From the NCBI RefSeq assembly GCF_051201565.1, contig NZ_CP179200.1:1260001-1292000 (forward strand): a stretch of 32,000 nucleotides of DNA. Direction: 5' to 3'. This DNA is from Pseudothioglobus sp. nBUS_23 (GTDB lineage Bacteria > Pseudomonadota > Gammaproteobacteria > PS1 > Pseudothioglobaceae). The notes below the pieces were generated by a model that saw only the letters and a program-made list of their open reading frames with translations, did not search any database and was not told the DNA's origin. Both the position numbers and the translations under genes were made by a program. Shown here one piece after another: positions 1 to 9,297 of the stretch; positions within the stretch are counted from its first letter, which is position 1, and each line of letters starts with the position of its first letter.

Positions 1-312
1 AGTGTAATCAATAATTGGAATCCCTTTTCCCCCAGCAGCTGAAATTATTGCACCTCGGGCATGACCAAGCTTTATTGCAGCATCGGGGTTTGGCCTATCA
101 GGCCTCATGAATACTCTTTCAACTACAACAATATCAACTTCGTGTTTATCAATGATTTCCTTAATTCCCTCATAGATAGTAATTATTCTTTCATTAAGCT
201 CGCCTTGCGTTCTTATACATCCACTATTAATATATGAAAATTTTAGCTTATTGGCTTCAATTAAGCCGAAACCAGTAATTCTAGAGCCAGGATCTATACC
301 AAGTATTTTCAT
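1..312 (-). CDS. ruvC: Crossover junction endodeoxyribonuclease RuvC, N-terminal 104 codons (gene continues past the left edge)
   Basis: Not in the ORF track because there is no stop in the window. My reverse-strand translation from the ATG at 312..310 gives MKILGIDPGSRITGFGLIEANKLKFSYINSGCIRTQGELNERIITIYEGIKEIIDKHEVDIVVVERVFMRPDRPNPDAAIKLGHARGAIISAAGGKGIPIIDYT. It is open to base 1 and is colinear with E. coli RuvC (MAIILGIDPGSRVTGYGVI...[20 protein letters not shown]). Confidence 0.85.
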   Translation of the reverse strand, partial: MKILGIDPGSRITGFGLIEANKLKFSYINSGCIRTQGELNERIITIYEGIKEIIDKHEVDIVVVERVFMRPDRPNPDAAIKLGHARGAIISAAGGKGIPIIDYT

Positions 313-400
313 AAAGCTATTCTATCAGCTCAGTAAAAACAAGCCAGTATTTTAGTAAAAAAGATATAATGCGATTTGACTTTAAATTAAGAGGGGAACT

Positions 401-760
401 ATGTCTGTTATCGAGCTCAAGCAATCTAACTTTGACGAAACAATAAGCAGTAATGATATTGTTATTATTGATTTTTGGGCTCCATGGTGTGGGCCATGTC
501 TCCAATTTGCTCCTACCTTTAAGGAGGCCTCAGAAAAAATTGATGGGGTCACTTTTGCAAAAGTAAATACTGAAGAAGAGCAATCACTGGGCGCTCATTT
601 TGGAATCAGATCAATCCCTACCTTAATGATATTTAGGGAGCAGATTGGAATATTCTCTCAGGCAGGATCCATGACTGCTAAGGATTTAGAAGATTTGCTT
701 GATAAGGCGAAATCAATTGACATGGATGAAGTTAGAAAGGAGCTTGAAAGTCAAAAGTGA
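401..760 (+). CDS. trxA: Thioredoxin
   Basis: 119 aa with the WCGPC active site (FWAPWCGPC) and a conserved GIRSIPTLMIF block. A GAGGGG Shine-Dalgarno lies at 391-396. Confidence 0.88.
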   Translation: MSVIELKQSNFDETISSNDIVIIDFWAPWCGPCLQFAPTFKEASEKIDGVTFAKVNTEEEQSLGAHFGIRSIPTLMIFREQIGIFSQAGSMTAKDLEDLLDKAKSIDMDEVRKELESQK

Positions 761-762
761 CT

Positions 763-1104
763 TTATAACAGAAGCTCAGAATATTGTTTCTCGCTAAACC
801 CGACCATCACATCTCCATTCTGAATTAAAACAGGCCTTTTAATAAGAGTTGGATACTTGGATACAAGCTCATAACCAATATTTTGTTTTTCATCGTCAGT
901 TAATGACCTATAGGTGGAGGAGCGTTTATTAATAAGCATCTCAAGGCCTACCCCCTGCTCCATTGTTTTATAGAGATCTTCAGATATTAGGTTTTCTCTG
1001 AAGTCTATAAATTCATGCGGTAATGACTTACTCGAAAGAAACTTTAAAGCCTTCTTGACAGTATCACAGTTTTTTATTCCATAAATGGTCAATGAGATAG
1101 TCAT
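763..1104 (-). CDS. yffB: ArsC/Spx-family protein, YffB-like
   Basis: 113 aa. The N-terminal IYGIKNCDTVKKA and the C-terminal LIKRPVL closely match E. coli YffB (LYGIKNCDTIKKA ... IIKRPLL). Confidence 0.8.
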   Translation of the reverse strand: MTISLTIYGIKNCDTVKKALKFLSSKSLPHEFIDFRENLISEDLYKTMEQGVGLEMLINKRSSTYRSLTDDEKQNIGYELVSKYPTLIKRPVLIQNGDVMVGFSEKQYSELLL

Positions 1105-1108
1105 TAAG

Positions 1109-1546
1109 CTAAACCTCTAACAGAAAGGTCACAGGACCATCATTAACTAGTGAGACTTTCATATCAGCACCAAAAATTCCAGTCTCAACTTTAAGGCCTG
1201 AACTCCTTGCGTTCTCTACAAAGTAGTCGTAAAGACTCTCTGCATCCAGAGGCGGCATGGCAGTTGAAAATCCAGCTCTGGTTCCATTTTTTGTATCCGC
1301 AGCCAAAGTAAACTGAGAAATAATTAAGATTTCTCCATTGATATCCTTGAGACTTAAGTTCATTTTTTGATTTTGGTCAGGAAACAATCTATAAGAGATA
1401 ATCTTGTTAATCATCTTATCTGCCATAGGCCTTGTATCTTGTTTCTCTAAACCCAAAAAAACTAATAGGCCCTTTTCAACAGATCCAACTAACTTTCCAT
1501 CAACTTTTACCTGTGAGGAGCTTACTCTCTGAATTAAAGCTTTCAT
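1109..1546 (-). CDS. dtd: D-aminoacyl-tRNA deacylase
   Basis: 145 aa. It has MKALIQRV at the N-terminus, SQFTLAADTKNGTRAGFS, and the C-terminal NDGPVTFLLEV typical of Dtd. Confidence 0.9.
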   Translation of the reverse strand: MKALIQRVSSSQVKVDGKLVGSVEKGLLVFLGLEKQDTRPMADKMINKIISYRLFPDQNQKMNLSLKDINGEILIISQFTLAADTKNGTRAGFSTAMPPLDAESLYDYFVENARSSGLKVETGIFGADMKVSLVNDGPVTFLLEV

Positions 1547-1549
1547 TGA

Positions 1550-3589
1550 TTATGATGACAGATGTGAAATATCTGCTACAGAAAGAAATAGATGTCTCAC
1601 TCTTCTTATGAGGGCCAGCCTAGAACTTCTAACCTTATCATCCTCAGCATTGACCATTACATTATCAAAGAATGAATCAATTGAGTCTTTTAAGTTCAAC
1701 AAAGATTTCATTATCTCTTTGTAATTCTTGCTGCCTGATAATTCTTTTGTTAAGGATTCAGTTGCCTTGTATAGAATCTTTTCAGAATCTTCAAGAAGTA
1801 TATTTGAATTCAATTCCTCCAGCTTCTCATCTGAGTCTTTCAAGATGTTTGCAATTCTTTTATTCGCCTCAATTAGACTTTTTGAATCAGCACTCCGAGT
1901 AAATTCATTTAAAGCATCTATCCTGTAATGAAAGTCTAAAGGAGAATCTGGCGAAACTGCCAGAACAGCTTCATAAATATTTGTATCAATATTGGCGTCT
2001 CTGTAGTAGGCTTTGAGTCTATCCATCATAAAGTTATAAATATCACCTGCACACTTGCGATCTACTTCTTTGAGGTGAAGGCTCAAAGAAAAATCAATGA
2101 GTGACTTCAAGTTCAACTCTATTTTTGCTTCTAATAAAATTCGGAGCATGCCGAGTGCTGTTCTTCTGAGAGCGTATGGGTCTTTAGATCCAGTAGGCCC
2201 CTGACCGATTCCATAAATTCCAGTTAAGGTATCCATCTTATCTGCCAAAGACACCGCAATTCCTGCATCAGTTGAGGGCAGACTATCACCTGCAAATCTT
2301 GGCTGATAATGCTCTCTTATTGCAACTGAGACTTCTTTTGATTCACCATCATTAAGAGCATAATAACCGCCCATAATCCCTTGAAGATCTGCAAACTCCC
2401 CGACCATTTCACTCAAGAGATCTGTCTTCGATAATAAGCCAGCTCTCTGTGCAATTTCTTTATCGAATCCAGCCAAATCTGAGATATTTGAACTAAGTTT
2501 TTCAATACGTTTAGCTTTCTGACCCATAGAGCCAAGGGACTTCATAAACATAACACTATCTAAACCAGTTAATCTCTCTTCTAACTTGATTGCTTTATCT
2601 TGATTCCAGAAAAATTCTGAATCAGCCAGCCTAGGATGAATAACTCTTTCATTGCCATCAATAATTGCCTGGATATTCGATGATTCAATATTAGCAACAG
2701 AAATAAAAAGAGGCAATAATTTTTCCTTGCTATCAACCAAATGAAAATATTTTTGGTGGGATTTCATTGCAGAAATAATTGCTTCTTGAGGAATATCTAA
2801 GAATTTTTTGTCAAAACTCCCTGAGAATGCTCTAGGATACTCAACTAAAGCGCAAACTTCATCAAGAAGAGACTCATCGATAACGACCTCAGCATTATTT
2901 GTTTTAGCAACTGACAATATTTGGTCTCTTATGAGCTCTTTTCGCTTATTAAAATCAACCAATATCTGCGCTTTCTGACTCATCAAATTCTCATATTCAT
3001 TAGCATGTGTGAATTTAAGGATTGAATCCTGAAACCTTAAACCTTTAGACTCTCTTCCGCTTTTAAGCCCCATAATATTAGCATTAACGACATCCTTATC
3101 TAGCATTACGACTAACCAATGCACAGGCCTAACGAATGAGTAGTCTGAGTCACCCCATTTCATTGATCGAGTGATTGGTATGTCTTTAATCGACTTTTCG
3201 ATGATCGATGGAAGAAGATCCTTAACACTTTGACCAGCCTCCTCTTTAGAATAGAAAAAATACTCTTTTCCTGCAAGTTCTTTTTTCTCTAGTTCATCAA
3301 CGCTCACACCACAAGACTTTGCAAAGCCATTGATTGCCATTTCTGGTGATTGAGTTGAAGGCCCTTTCTTTTCAATAACTTGGTCTTGCTGCTTACTTTG
3401 AAGCTCAGAAATAGAAATAGCCAATCGTCTAGGTGTCGCAAACGCTTTGGTATTATTAAAGTTTAGGTTTAATTTATTGAGCTCCTGCTCAAAGTTGTCT
3501 TTGAGAGAGTTAGACAGCTTTAATAATAGCTTAGGAGGCAATTCCTCCGTGCCCAGTTCTAATAAAAAGTCGTGCGTTTTCATGCCCAA
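1550..3589 (-). CDS. glyS: Glycine--tRNA ligase beta subunit
   Basis: 679 aa. The N-terminus FLLELGTEELPPK matches GlyS (E. coli FLVEIGTEELPPK), and length and colinearity fit. The real start may be the ATG at 3583 (MKTHDF...). Confidence 0.92.
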   Translation of the reverse strand: MGMKTHDFLLELGTEELPPKLLLKLSNSLKDNFEQELNKLNLNFNNTKAFATPRRLAISISELQSKQQDQVIEKKGPSTQSPEMAINGFAKSCGVSVDELEKKELAGKEYFFYSKEEAGQSVKDLLPSIIEKSIKDIPITRSMKWGDSDYSFVRPVHWLVVMLDKDVVNANIMGLKSGRESKGLRFQDSILKFTHANEYENLMSQKAQILVDFNKRKELIRDQILSVAKTNNAEVVIDESLLDEVCALVEYPRAFSGSFDKKFLDIPQEAIISAMKSHQKYFHLVDSKEKLLPLFISVANIESSNIQAIIDGNERVIHPRLADSEFFWNQDKAIKLEERLTGLDSVMFMKSLGSMGQKAKRIEKLSSNISDLAGFDKEIAQRAGLLSKTDLLSEMVGEFADLQGIMGGYYALNDGESKEVSVAIREHYQPRFAGDSLPSTDAGIAVSLADKMDTLTGIYGIGQGPTGSKDPYALRRTALGMLRILLEAKIELNLKSLIDFSLSLHLKEVDRKCAGDIYNFMMDRLKAYYRDANIDTNIYEAVLAVSPDSPLDFHYRIDALNEFTRSADSKSLIEANKRIANILKDSDEKLEELNSNILLEDSEKILYKATESLTKELSGSKNYKEIMKSLLNLKDSIDSFFDNVMVNAEDDKVRSSRLALIRRVRHLFLSVADISHLSS

Positions 3590-3647
3590 TATTTTAACTT
3601 ATTGTGTTGAATATTATTAAGTTTGATTTGGGAAGAAAATGTTTGAT

Positions 3648-5318
3648 TTAATTTACACCAAATATAAATAGAATCTCATTTTGAAAGACCGCCTCATCAG
3701 GAGCAGCAGGGAAAGGCGATGATTTTTTAACTGCCCTTTCAATTGAGTCCCTAAATGCCTTTGCTTTAGAGCTATTACCAACATTAGTATTGCGAACATC
3801 CACAGCCATGACAGTTCCATCTCTATCCTGTATCACATAAACTTCTGCAGTCCAATCATCTTCAGCTCCCTGATAACGCCAGAATGCCCGAACCCTAGCT
3901 GCAATATTAGCAATCCATGCAGACTCAAGAATTGCCCTTTGATCTGCAATACGAGCCTCTCTTTCCAAGTCTTGCTCAGCTTGAACTTCCTGTGTTAACA
4001 AACGATTATACTGTTCATTTTCAAAAGCTAGCTGCTGAGCTGTTCTCTCAGCCTCTAACTCATCTAGTCTGATACGCTCTTCTTCGGCAAGCCTCTTAGC
4101 CTCATCTTTTTCTTTTTCAGCTAACTTAGCTTTTTCTTCCTCAAGCTTTCGCTTCTCTTCAGCTTCTTTTACTTTTTCTTCTTCAAGCTTTCGCTTCTCT
4201 TCTTCTAATTTACGCTTCTCTTCAGCTTCTTTAGCTTTGGCCTCTTCAGTTCTTCTCTTTTCTTCTGCTTTCTTAACTTGTTTTGCAACCTCTTGGGCAA
4301 GTATTTCAGCCTCTCTAGCTTTCTCTTCAGCTAATTTTTCAGCTTCTTTGACCGCATCCTTAGCCTTTGACTCTTCTTCAATACGTTTCTCTTCAGCCTC
4401 TTTGGCTAGTATTTCAGCTTCCTTGGCTAGTATTTCAGCTTCCTTGGCTTCCTTCGCAGCTTCTTCTGCTAACAATTCAGCTTCCTTGGTCCTAGCTTCC
4501 TCTGCCTTGCGTTTCAACTCAGCAAGTCTAGTTTTAACTTCTTCAGCCTTTCTAAGAGCTTCAGCAGCTGCCTTTTGTTTTTCTGCCTCTAGCACCTGAA
4601 TTTCAGCCTCTTTTGTTTTAGCTTCTTCGGCGATACGCTTAGCTTCAGCTTCTTTTGCCTTCAACTCTTCAATCTTTGCCTTGCTTTCGGCTTCAGCTAT
4701 CTTTTCTACTGCCTCAGAGGCTAATTTTTCTGCCTCTTTTGCTTTCGCCTCCTCTGCTTTTCTCTTCACTTCAGCAAAGACTTTTTGCGCTTTAGCTTTC
4801 AGTGCTTCTTGCTCAGCAACCTTTTGATCCTTCTTTGCTGTCTCAGATCGCTTCTCTTCGTTCTTAAGTTTTTGTTGCTTCTGTTTTTCGACATCCTTTA
4901 GTCGATCCTGTTCAGCTTCAATGATTTCCATATCAATCATCACTGCCTGAACTGGAGCTGCCTGAGATACTGATGAAGCCTGCTGTGGAGCATCCCATCT
5001 CTCAACGTTAGCATAAAGAAGTCCAAACAGAAGTGCTGCATGCAAAATGACCGCTGCCCAGAACGCTATTGGGTGTTTCTTTGAAATTTTTACCATCGGT
5101 CTCATCATCGTATTGATGAGTCCCAAAATAAAGATAAATAACTTCTTTAAATATTTATAGAGGAAAGCAGAAGCTTTCCTTAAAAAAACAAGAAATTTAG
5201 AGTCGCCAGAAATTTTCTTTTCTTTAGAGATTGCCTGATCATCACTTTCATGAGTTGTGTCAGTTTTTTTAGTAACAAGACTTCTAAAAAAAGCAGCAAT
5301 CTTTTTAACAAAATTCAT
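3648..5318 (-). CDS. tolA: Tol-Pal system protein TolA with a very long Glu/Lys/Ala-rich helical domain II; start codon uncertain
   Basis: It lies directly after tolQ-tolR. The TM anchor has a conserved His (AAVILHAALLFGLLY). About 330 aa are E/K/A repeats. The C-terminal domain III ends SPFPAAPDEAVFQNEILFIFGVN. Residues 1-70 precede the canonical short N-terminus plus TM, so alternative starts M71/M72/M75 (about 5108) are possible. Confidence 0.85.
   Translation of the reverse strand: MNFVKKIAAFFRSLVTKKTDTTHESDDQAISKEKKISGDSKFLVFLRKASAFLYKYLKKLFIFILGLINTMMRPMVKISKKHPIAFWAAVILHAALLFGLLYANVERWDAPQQASSVSQAAPVQAVMIDMEIIEAEQDRLKDVEKQKQQKLKNEEKRSETAKKDQKVAEQEALKAKAQKVFAEVKRKAEEAKAKEAEKLASEAVEKIAEAESKAKIEELKAKEAEAKRIAEEAKTKEAEIQVLEAEKQKAAAEALRKAEEVKTRLAELKRKAEEARTKEAELLAEEAAKEAKEAEILAKEAEILAKEAEEKRIEEESKAKDAVKEAEKLAEEKAREAEILAQEVAKQVKKAEEKRRTEEAKAKEAEEKRKLEEEKRKLEEEKVKEAEEKRKLEEEKAKLAEKEKDEAKRLAEEERIRLDELEAERTAQQLAFENEQYNRLLTQEVQAEQDLEREARIADQRAILESAWIANIAARVRAFWRYQGAEDDWTAEVYVIQDRDGTVMAVDVRNTNVGNSSKAKAFRDSIERAVKKSSPFPAAPDEAVFQNEILFIFGVN
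4404..4445. repeat. Exact 2 x 21-bp in-frame tandem repeat inside tolA (encodes EAEILAK EAEILAK)
   Basis: GGCTAGTATTTCAGCTTCCTT occurs at 4404-4424 and again at 4425-4445, with partial copies on both flanks. A second repeat with 42-bp period, TTCTTC(C/T)TCAAGCTTTCGCTTCTCTTC, occurs at 4134-4160 and 4176-4202. Confidence 0.9.
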
Positions 5319-5331
5319 AAATATAAATCAG

Positions 5332-5784
5332 TTAATTTGGGTTCTCAGTCATAAAGCCAACCTTATCGATCTTGCTATATTGCTTAAGTATTGCAATGAT
5401 TTCAATGACTTTTTCGTATTCAACCTTTTTATCACCCCTAACAAATACTTGCATATCAGGGAAAATTTCTTTACGAGCAAGAATTTGATTAATGGCCACA
5501 TTTAAGGATACTGGCTCTAAATCCTCAATTTCATCAACGCCCGGGCTCGTCATTGGATTAATGAAATAATTACCATCAACATCAACTGAAATTATAGAAG
5601 GCTGTTGATCTTGATAATCGACGACATTAGCTGGTGCACTAGGAAGATCCACTTCAACGCCCTGTTCAATAATTGGAGTAGTCATCATAAAGATCACCAA
5701 AAGAACAAGCATTACATCAATGTATGGAACAATATTGATATCTGCATGGATATCTGGCCTAGAACGCTTTGGTAGCTCTATCAT
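5332..5784 (-). CDS. tolR: Tol-Pal system protein TolR (ExbD/TolR family)
   Basis: 150 aa. INIVPYIDVMLVLLVIFMMTTP is the ExbD/TolR TM signature. The gene overlaps the tolQ stop by 4 nt. Confidence 0.9.
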   Translation of the reverse strand: MIELPKRSRPDIHADINIVPYIDVMLVLLVIFMMTTPIIEQGVEVDLPSAPANVVDYQDQQPSIISVDVDGNYFINPMTSPGVDEIEDLEPVSLNVAINQILARKEIFPDMQVFVRGDKKVEYEKVIEIIAILKQYSKIDKVGFMTENPN

Positions 5785-6452
5785 TTTTGTCTCTGAAGTA
5801 TTACAAATATTTCCTCAACAAAAGCGGTGTATCTGTTTCCAATGTCTTCGACTTGTGAAACGAGCCTGTTATAAGCAATCGTTGCTGGTATTGCTGCAAA
5901 CAGACCAAAAGCTGTCGCAATTAAGGCCTCAGCAATACCCGGCGCAACTACCGCAATCGTAGCCTGCTTCACTGAAGCAAGACCAATAAATGAATGCATG
6001 ATTCCCCAGACAGTTCCAAAGAGACCAATGTAAGGGCTAGAGGATGCAATCATTGCAAGAATGGATAGGCTTGAATCTAATCGATCAATCTCATTGCTCG
6101 CAGAGGTGTTCATCGCTCTGTATGCTCTCTCAGAGTTCATAATCAGAGACTGGTTAGAGGTTGACTTTGTGTGAGTGAATTCTTTGTACCCTGAACCAAA
6201 AATATCTTCCATTGCGCTCCAGTCTGAGGCAAGTGGAGGGAGATTTTTATAGAGTTTGTCTAGCTTATCATTTCTTTCAAACTCTTCATGGAAAGTATCA
6301 ATGTCGCTTGATGCATCCATTAGAATCTTTTTCTTGGACATAATAACTGTCCATGAATAGATCGACATCAGAACCAAAATAATCATAACTAGCTGAACAA
6401 CCAATCCAGCGTTAAAGATTAAACCGACGATTGATAAACTATTTTCTTCCAT
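5781..6452 (-). CDS. tolQ: Tol-Pal system protein TolQ (MotA/TolQ/ExbB family)
   Basis: 223 aa with three TM segments. It has the conserved C-terminal block GLFGTVWGIM...VAPGIAEALIATAFGLFAAIPA. Context is ybgC-tolQ-tolR-tolA. Confidence 0.9.
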   Translation of the reverse strand: MEENSLSIVGLIFNAGLVVQLVMIILVLMSIYSWTVIMSKKKILMDASSDIDTFHEEFERNDKLDKLYKNLPPLASDWSAMEDIFGSGYKEFTHTKSTSNQSLIMNSERAYRAMNTSASNEIDRLDSSLSILAMIASSSPYIGLFGTVWGIMHSFIGLASVKQATIAVVAPGIAEALIATAFGLFAAIPATIAYNRLVSQVEDIGNRYTAFVEEIFVILQRQK

Positions 6453-6843
6453 TAAGTTTCTCCATGATTTCTTGAGGAATAGCGCAAGGTTTTAAATTAT
6501 TAGTTGAGACAGAAACAACCTTGACTTCCGCCTTAAATAATACCGTATTTTTCTCCAAACTCAGAATTTTCTGAGCAAAAACTAGACTCGCATTTTTAAT
6601 TGATTTGATGTTTGTTTGAACTTCAACCATGTCATCTAAATATGCCGGCGATAAGTAATCTGCACTCAAAGATTTAACTACAAAAACTACATTTTTTTGA
6701 TTGGCTAAAACGCTTTGATCAAAACCAAGATCTCGAAGATACTCAGTCCTTCCCCTTTCTATAAATTTAAGATAGTTGGCATAAAAAACTACGCCACCAG
6801 CATCAGTATCTTCGTAATAAACTCTGAATCTCTGCTGGTTCAT
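6439..6843 (-). CDS. ybgC: Tol-Pal-associated acyl-CoA thioesterase (4HBT family)
   Basis: 134 aa. [20 protein letters not shown] is the YbgC/4HBT hot-dog motif. It sits immediately upstream of tolQ. Confidence 0.88.
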   Translation of the reverse strand: MNQQRFRVYYEDTDAGGVVFYANYLKFIERGRTEYLRDLGFDQSVLANQKNVVFVVKSLSADYLSPAYLDDMVEVQTNIKSIKNASLVFAQKILSLEKNTVLFKAEVKVVSVSTNNLKPCAIPQEIMEKLNGRK

Positions 6844-7868
6844 TTACTAAATAAATCTTGGTCCTTTGCCTGTCTGATCTCTCCGAGATGCGAAAAAGCA
6901 AGGTCGGTTGCAATTCGGCCTCTTGGCGTCCTCATTATAAAACCTTGCTGAAGAAGGTACGGCTCTATCATATCTTCTAAAGTACTTCTCTCTTCTCCCA
7001 AGGCTGTTGCTAAAGTATCTAAACCCACCGGACCAGCAGAAAATTTTTGAATTATTAAGCTCAAATAATCCCTATCGAGTTGCTCGAGTCCTGCCTCATC
7101 AACCTTTAAAGCCTCAAGAGCCTCTTTTGCAATCTCAACATTTATGATTCCTTTAGTTTTGACATCTGCAAAATCACGAACTCGCCTTAAAAGGCGATTC
7201 GCAATTCTTGGCGTTCCTCTGGATCGCTTTGCTATCTCTTCTGAGCCTTGTTTTTCTATCTTTATTTTTAAAATAGATGCTGACCTTTCGATAATTTCTT
7301 GAAGCTCTTTCATGTTATAAAAAGCTAACCTGTGGACAATTCCAAATCTATCTCTGAGAGGGGATGTAAGCATTCCAGCTCTAGTAGTTGCTCCAATTAA
7401 GGTAAACGGGGGCAATTCAAGTTGAACTGAGTGTGCAGCCACTCCCTCACCAACCAGAATGTCTAACTTAAAATCTTCAAGCGCAGGATACAAGATTTCC
7501 TCTACGACCGGATTCAGCCTGTGAATTTCATCGATAAAAAGAATGTCATATGGCTCAAGCTTGGTTAGAATAGCAGCTAAGTCTCCAGAGCGCTCAAGAA
7601 CAGGGCCAGAGGTCTGCTTAATTCCAGCAGCCATTTGATTAGCAATAACATTTGCCAAGGTGGTTTTGCCAAGTCCAGGAGGTCCATAGATGAGGCAATG
7701 ATCAAGAACATCTTCACGAGACCTTGCAGCCTCGATGAACAGAGTCATTTGCGATTTGACGTCCTCTTGTCCAATGTAATCTGCGAAAGAATTGGGTCTG
7801 ACTGAGGCAGCCTTGAGATCTTCATTTGACTGATTCTCACCACCAATCAATCTATCCTCTTCTATCAT
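6840..7868 (-). CDS. ruvB: Holliday junction branch migration ATPase RuvB
   Basis: 342 aa with Walker [12 protein letters not shown], Walker B FIDEIHRL, the sensor region [16 protein letters not shown] and a winged-helix C-terminus. Confidence 0.95.
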   Translation of the reverse strand: MIEEDRLIGGENQSNEDLKAASVRPNSFADYIGQEDVKSQMTLFIEAARSREDVLDHCLIYGPPGLGKTTLANVIANQMAAGIKQTSGPVLERSGDLAAILTKLEPYDILFIDEIHRLNPVVEEILYPALEDFKLDILVGEGVAAHSVQLELPPFTLIGATTRAGMLTSPLRDRFGIVHRLAFYNMKELQEIIERSASILKIKIEKQGSEEIAKRSRGTPRIANRLLRRVRDFADVKTKGIINVEIAKEALEALKVDEAGLEQLDRDYLSLIIQKFSAGPVGLDTLATALGEERSTLEDMIEPYLLQQGFIMRTPRGRIATDLAFSHLGEIRQAKDQDLFSK

Positions 7869-7996
7869 GCAAATTATTTAATTAGTTAGATTATGATAAG
7901 TATTTTAGACCAATCGATACTAAGGTTGATTGTTTATGCATAACTAGAAGTTGGACATTGATGCATAAATTGGAAAGGAATTGAAATGAAAGGTAT

Positions 7997-8012
7997 AATT
8001 AATCGATTAATT
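7997..8012. promoter_or_regulatory. 16-bp perfect palindrome AATTAATCGATTAATT overlapping the putative hemA -10 (TATAAT 7994-7999); operator-like
   Basis: The sequence reads identically on both strands. It sits between the putative -10 and the hemA ATG (8029) in the ruvB<>hemA divergent spacer. Confidence 0.35.
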
Positions 8013-8028
8013 TTTTATCACCTGTTCA

Positions 8029-9297
8029 ATGTCAAATATTGCAGTTCTTAGTATTAGTCATCAATTGGCTCCAGTGGAAATCAGGGAGAAAGTGGCATTT
8101 GCTTCAAGTGAATTACCCACTGCCATATCTAATTTATTATCACTCAGTGATATTAAAGCATGTGTGATATTTTCAACTTGCAACAGGTCTGAGATTTATG
8201 TTTCTCATAATTCTAAAAATATTCGTGATGTCCTATTAAAATTTTTGGCCACCACCCATGCTATTGATCATTTGTCGCTTGTTGAATATGTTTCATTCTT
8301 TGAATCTATCGATGCCTTGAGTCATATCTCTAAGGTGGCCTGTGGTCTTGAATCATTAGTCCTTGGTGAGCCACAAATCCTAGGCCAACTCAAAGACGCA
8401 TATCAAGTTTCAAAAGCACAAGGAGCTTTAGATAAAGTTCTTGAAAAACTTTTCCAACATGTTTTTAAAACGGCTAAAAAAGTCAGAACAGATACAAACA
8501 TTGGTTCGTCCCCAATATCTGTAGCTTATTGCGCAGTTAAGCTTAGTGAAAAAATCTTTACTAATTTAGAAAATCAAACAGTACTTTTGATTGGTGCCGG
8601 TGAAATGGTTGAGTTAAGCGCTCAACATCTTAGTAAAAGAGGCGTTAAGGACATGATTTTTGCTAACAGAACTCTTGAGAATGCTCAGCCAATTGCCATT
8701 AAACATAATGCTGAGGCGATTGCGTTGAAAAGTTTATCAGAAAATCTTCATCGAGCTGATATCGTAATCTCATCTACTGCTGCGCCAATTCCAATAATTG
8801 GTAAGGGGCTCATAGAAACTGTTCTTCTTCAAAGAAAACATCAGCCTATGCTTCTGATAGATTTAGCTATTCCAAGAGATATAGAGCCCGAAGTGAATCA
8901 ACTTGAAGATGTATTTCTCTACACTGTTGATGACTTACAACAGATTGCAAACAGTAATCTTGAAGAAAGACTCAAAGAAAAAGTTGATGCTGAAAAAATA
9001 ATCAATTTAAGTAGTATTGAATTCATGGAATGGATCAATAACATTCCTAACGAAGAGGTTATAAAAAATTATAGAAGACAGGCCAATTTAATTAAGGATG
9101 AGTTACTTCAAACCGCAATTAGGAAACTTAAATCTGGCTCAAGTCCAGATCTAGTTGTTGAAGAGCTTGCTGACAAACTGACTAATAAATTGTTGCACCA
9201 ATCCCTAGAAAAAATAAAGAAACCTTCAAAATCTCTATACAGCTCTAAGGTCATAGCCGATAAAGACCCCAATAAACACTCAAAGATAGAAAGTTAA
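8029..9297 (+). CDS. hemA: Glutamyl-tRNA reductase
   Basis: 422 aa with the catalytic-Cys motif STCNRSEIY and the NADPH-binding LLIGAGEM. It is followed by prfA, as in the enterobacterial hemA-prfA arrangement. Confidence 0.93.
   Translation: MSNIAVLSISHQLAPVEIREKVAFASSELPTAISNLLSLSDIKACVIFSTCNRSEIYVSHNSKNIRDVLLKFLATTHAIDHLSLVEYVSFFESIDALSHISKVACGLESLVLGEPQILGQLKDAYQVSKAQGALDKVLEKLFQHVFKTAKKVRTDTNIGSSPISVAYCAVKLSEKIFTNLENQTVLLIGAGEMVELSAQHLSKRGVKDMIFANRTLENAQPIAIKHNAEAIALKSLSENLHRADIVISSTAAPIPIIGKGLIETVLLQRKHQPMLLIDLAIPRDIEPEVNQLEDVFLYTVDDLQQIANSNLEERLKEKVDAEKIINLSSIEFMEWINNIPNEEVIKNYRRQANLIKDELLQTAIRKLKSGSSPDLVVEELADKLTNKLLHQSLEKIKKPSKSLYSSKVIADKDPNKHSKIES

Noticed and set aside
4237-4599. 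120-aa plus-strand ORF, Ser/Ala/Leu-rich (MASSVLLFSSAFLT...).
   Set aside because: It is the antisense shadow of the low-complexity GAA/AAG/GCU repeat region of tolA. Such frames stay open by composition alone. It has no start context and no recognisable fold.
4080-4760. Repeat array resembling a CRISPR or minisatellite.
   Set aside because: The repeats are in-frame coding repeats of tolA domain II with periods of 21 and 42 bp. They lack unique spacers and conserved palindromic repeat units, and there are no cas genes.
7869-8028. Possible replication origin. Genes to the left are nearly all on the minus strand and genes to the right nearly all on the plus strand, diverging from this spacer.
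   Set aside because: The spacer is only 160 bp. It has no cluster of DnaA boxes; the best match, TTATCACCT, agrees with TTATCCACA at 6 of 9 positions. There is no AT-rich 13-mer array, and dnaA, dnaN and gidA are absent nearby. A cumulative GC-skew plot of the full replicon would be needed, but a simple divergent promoter region is the sparing reading.
7869-8028. SOS (LexA) box upstream of ruvB.
   Set aside because: There is no CTGT-N8-ACAG motif on either strand. The only CTGT (about 8022) is not followed by ACAG at the right spacing.
7986-8051. 21-codon small ORF ([21 protein letters not shown]) overlapping the hemA start.
   Set aside because: Its ATG lies upstream of the predicted hemA -10 and start site. 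It has no SD and overlaps hemA out of frame, so it is most likely fortuitous.
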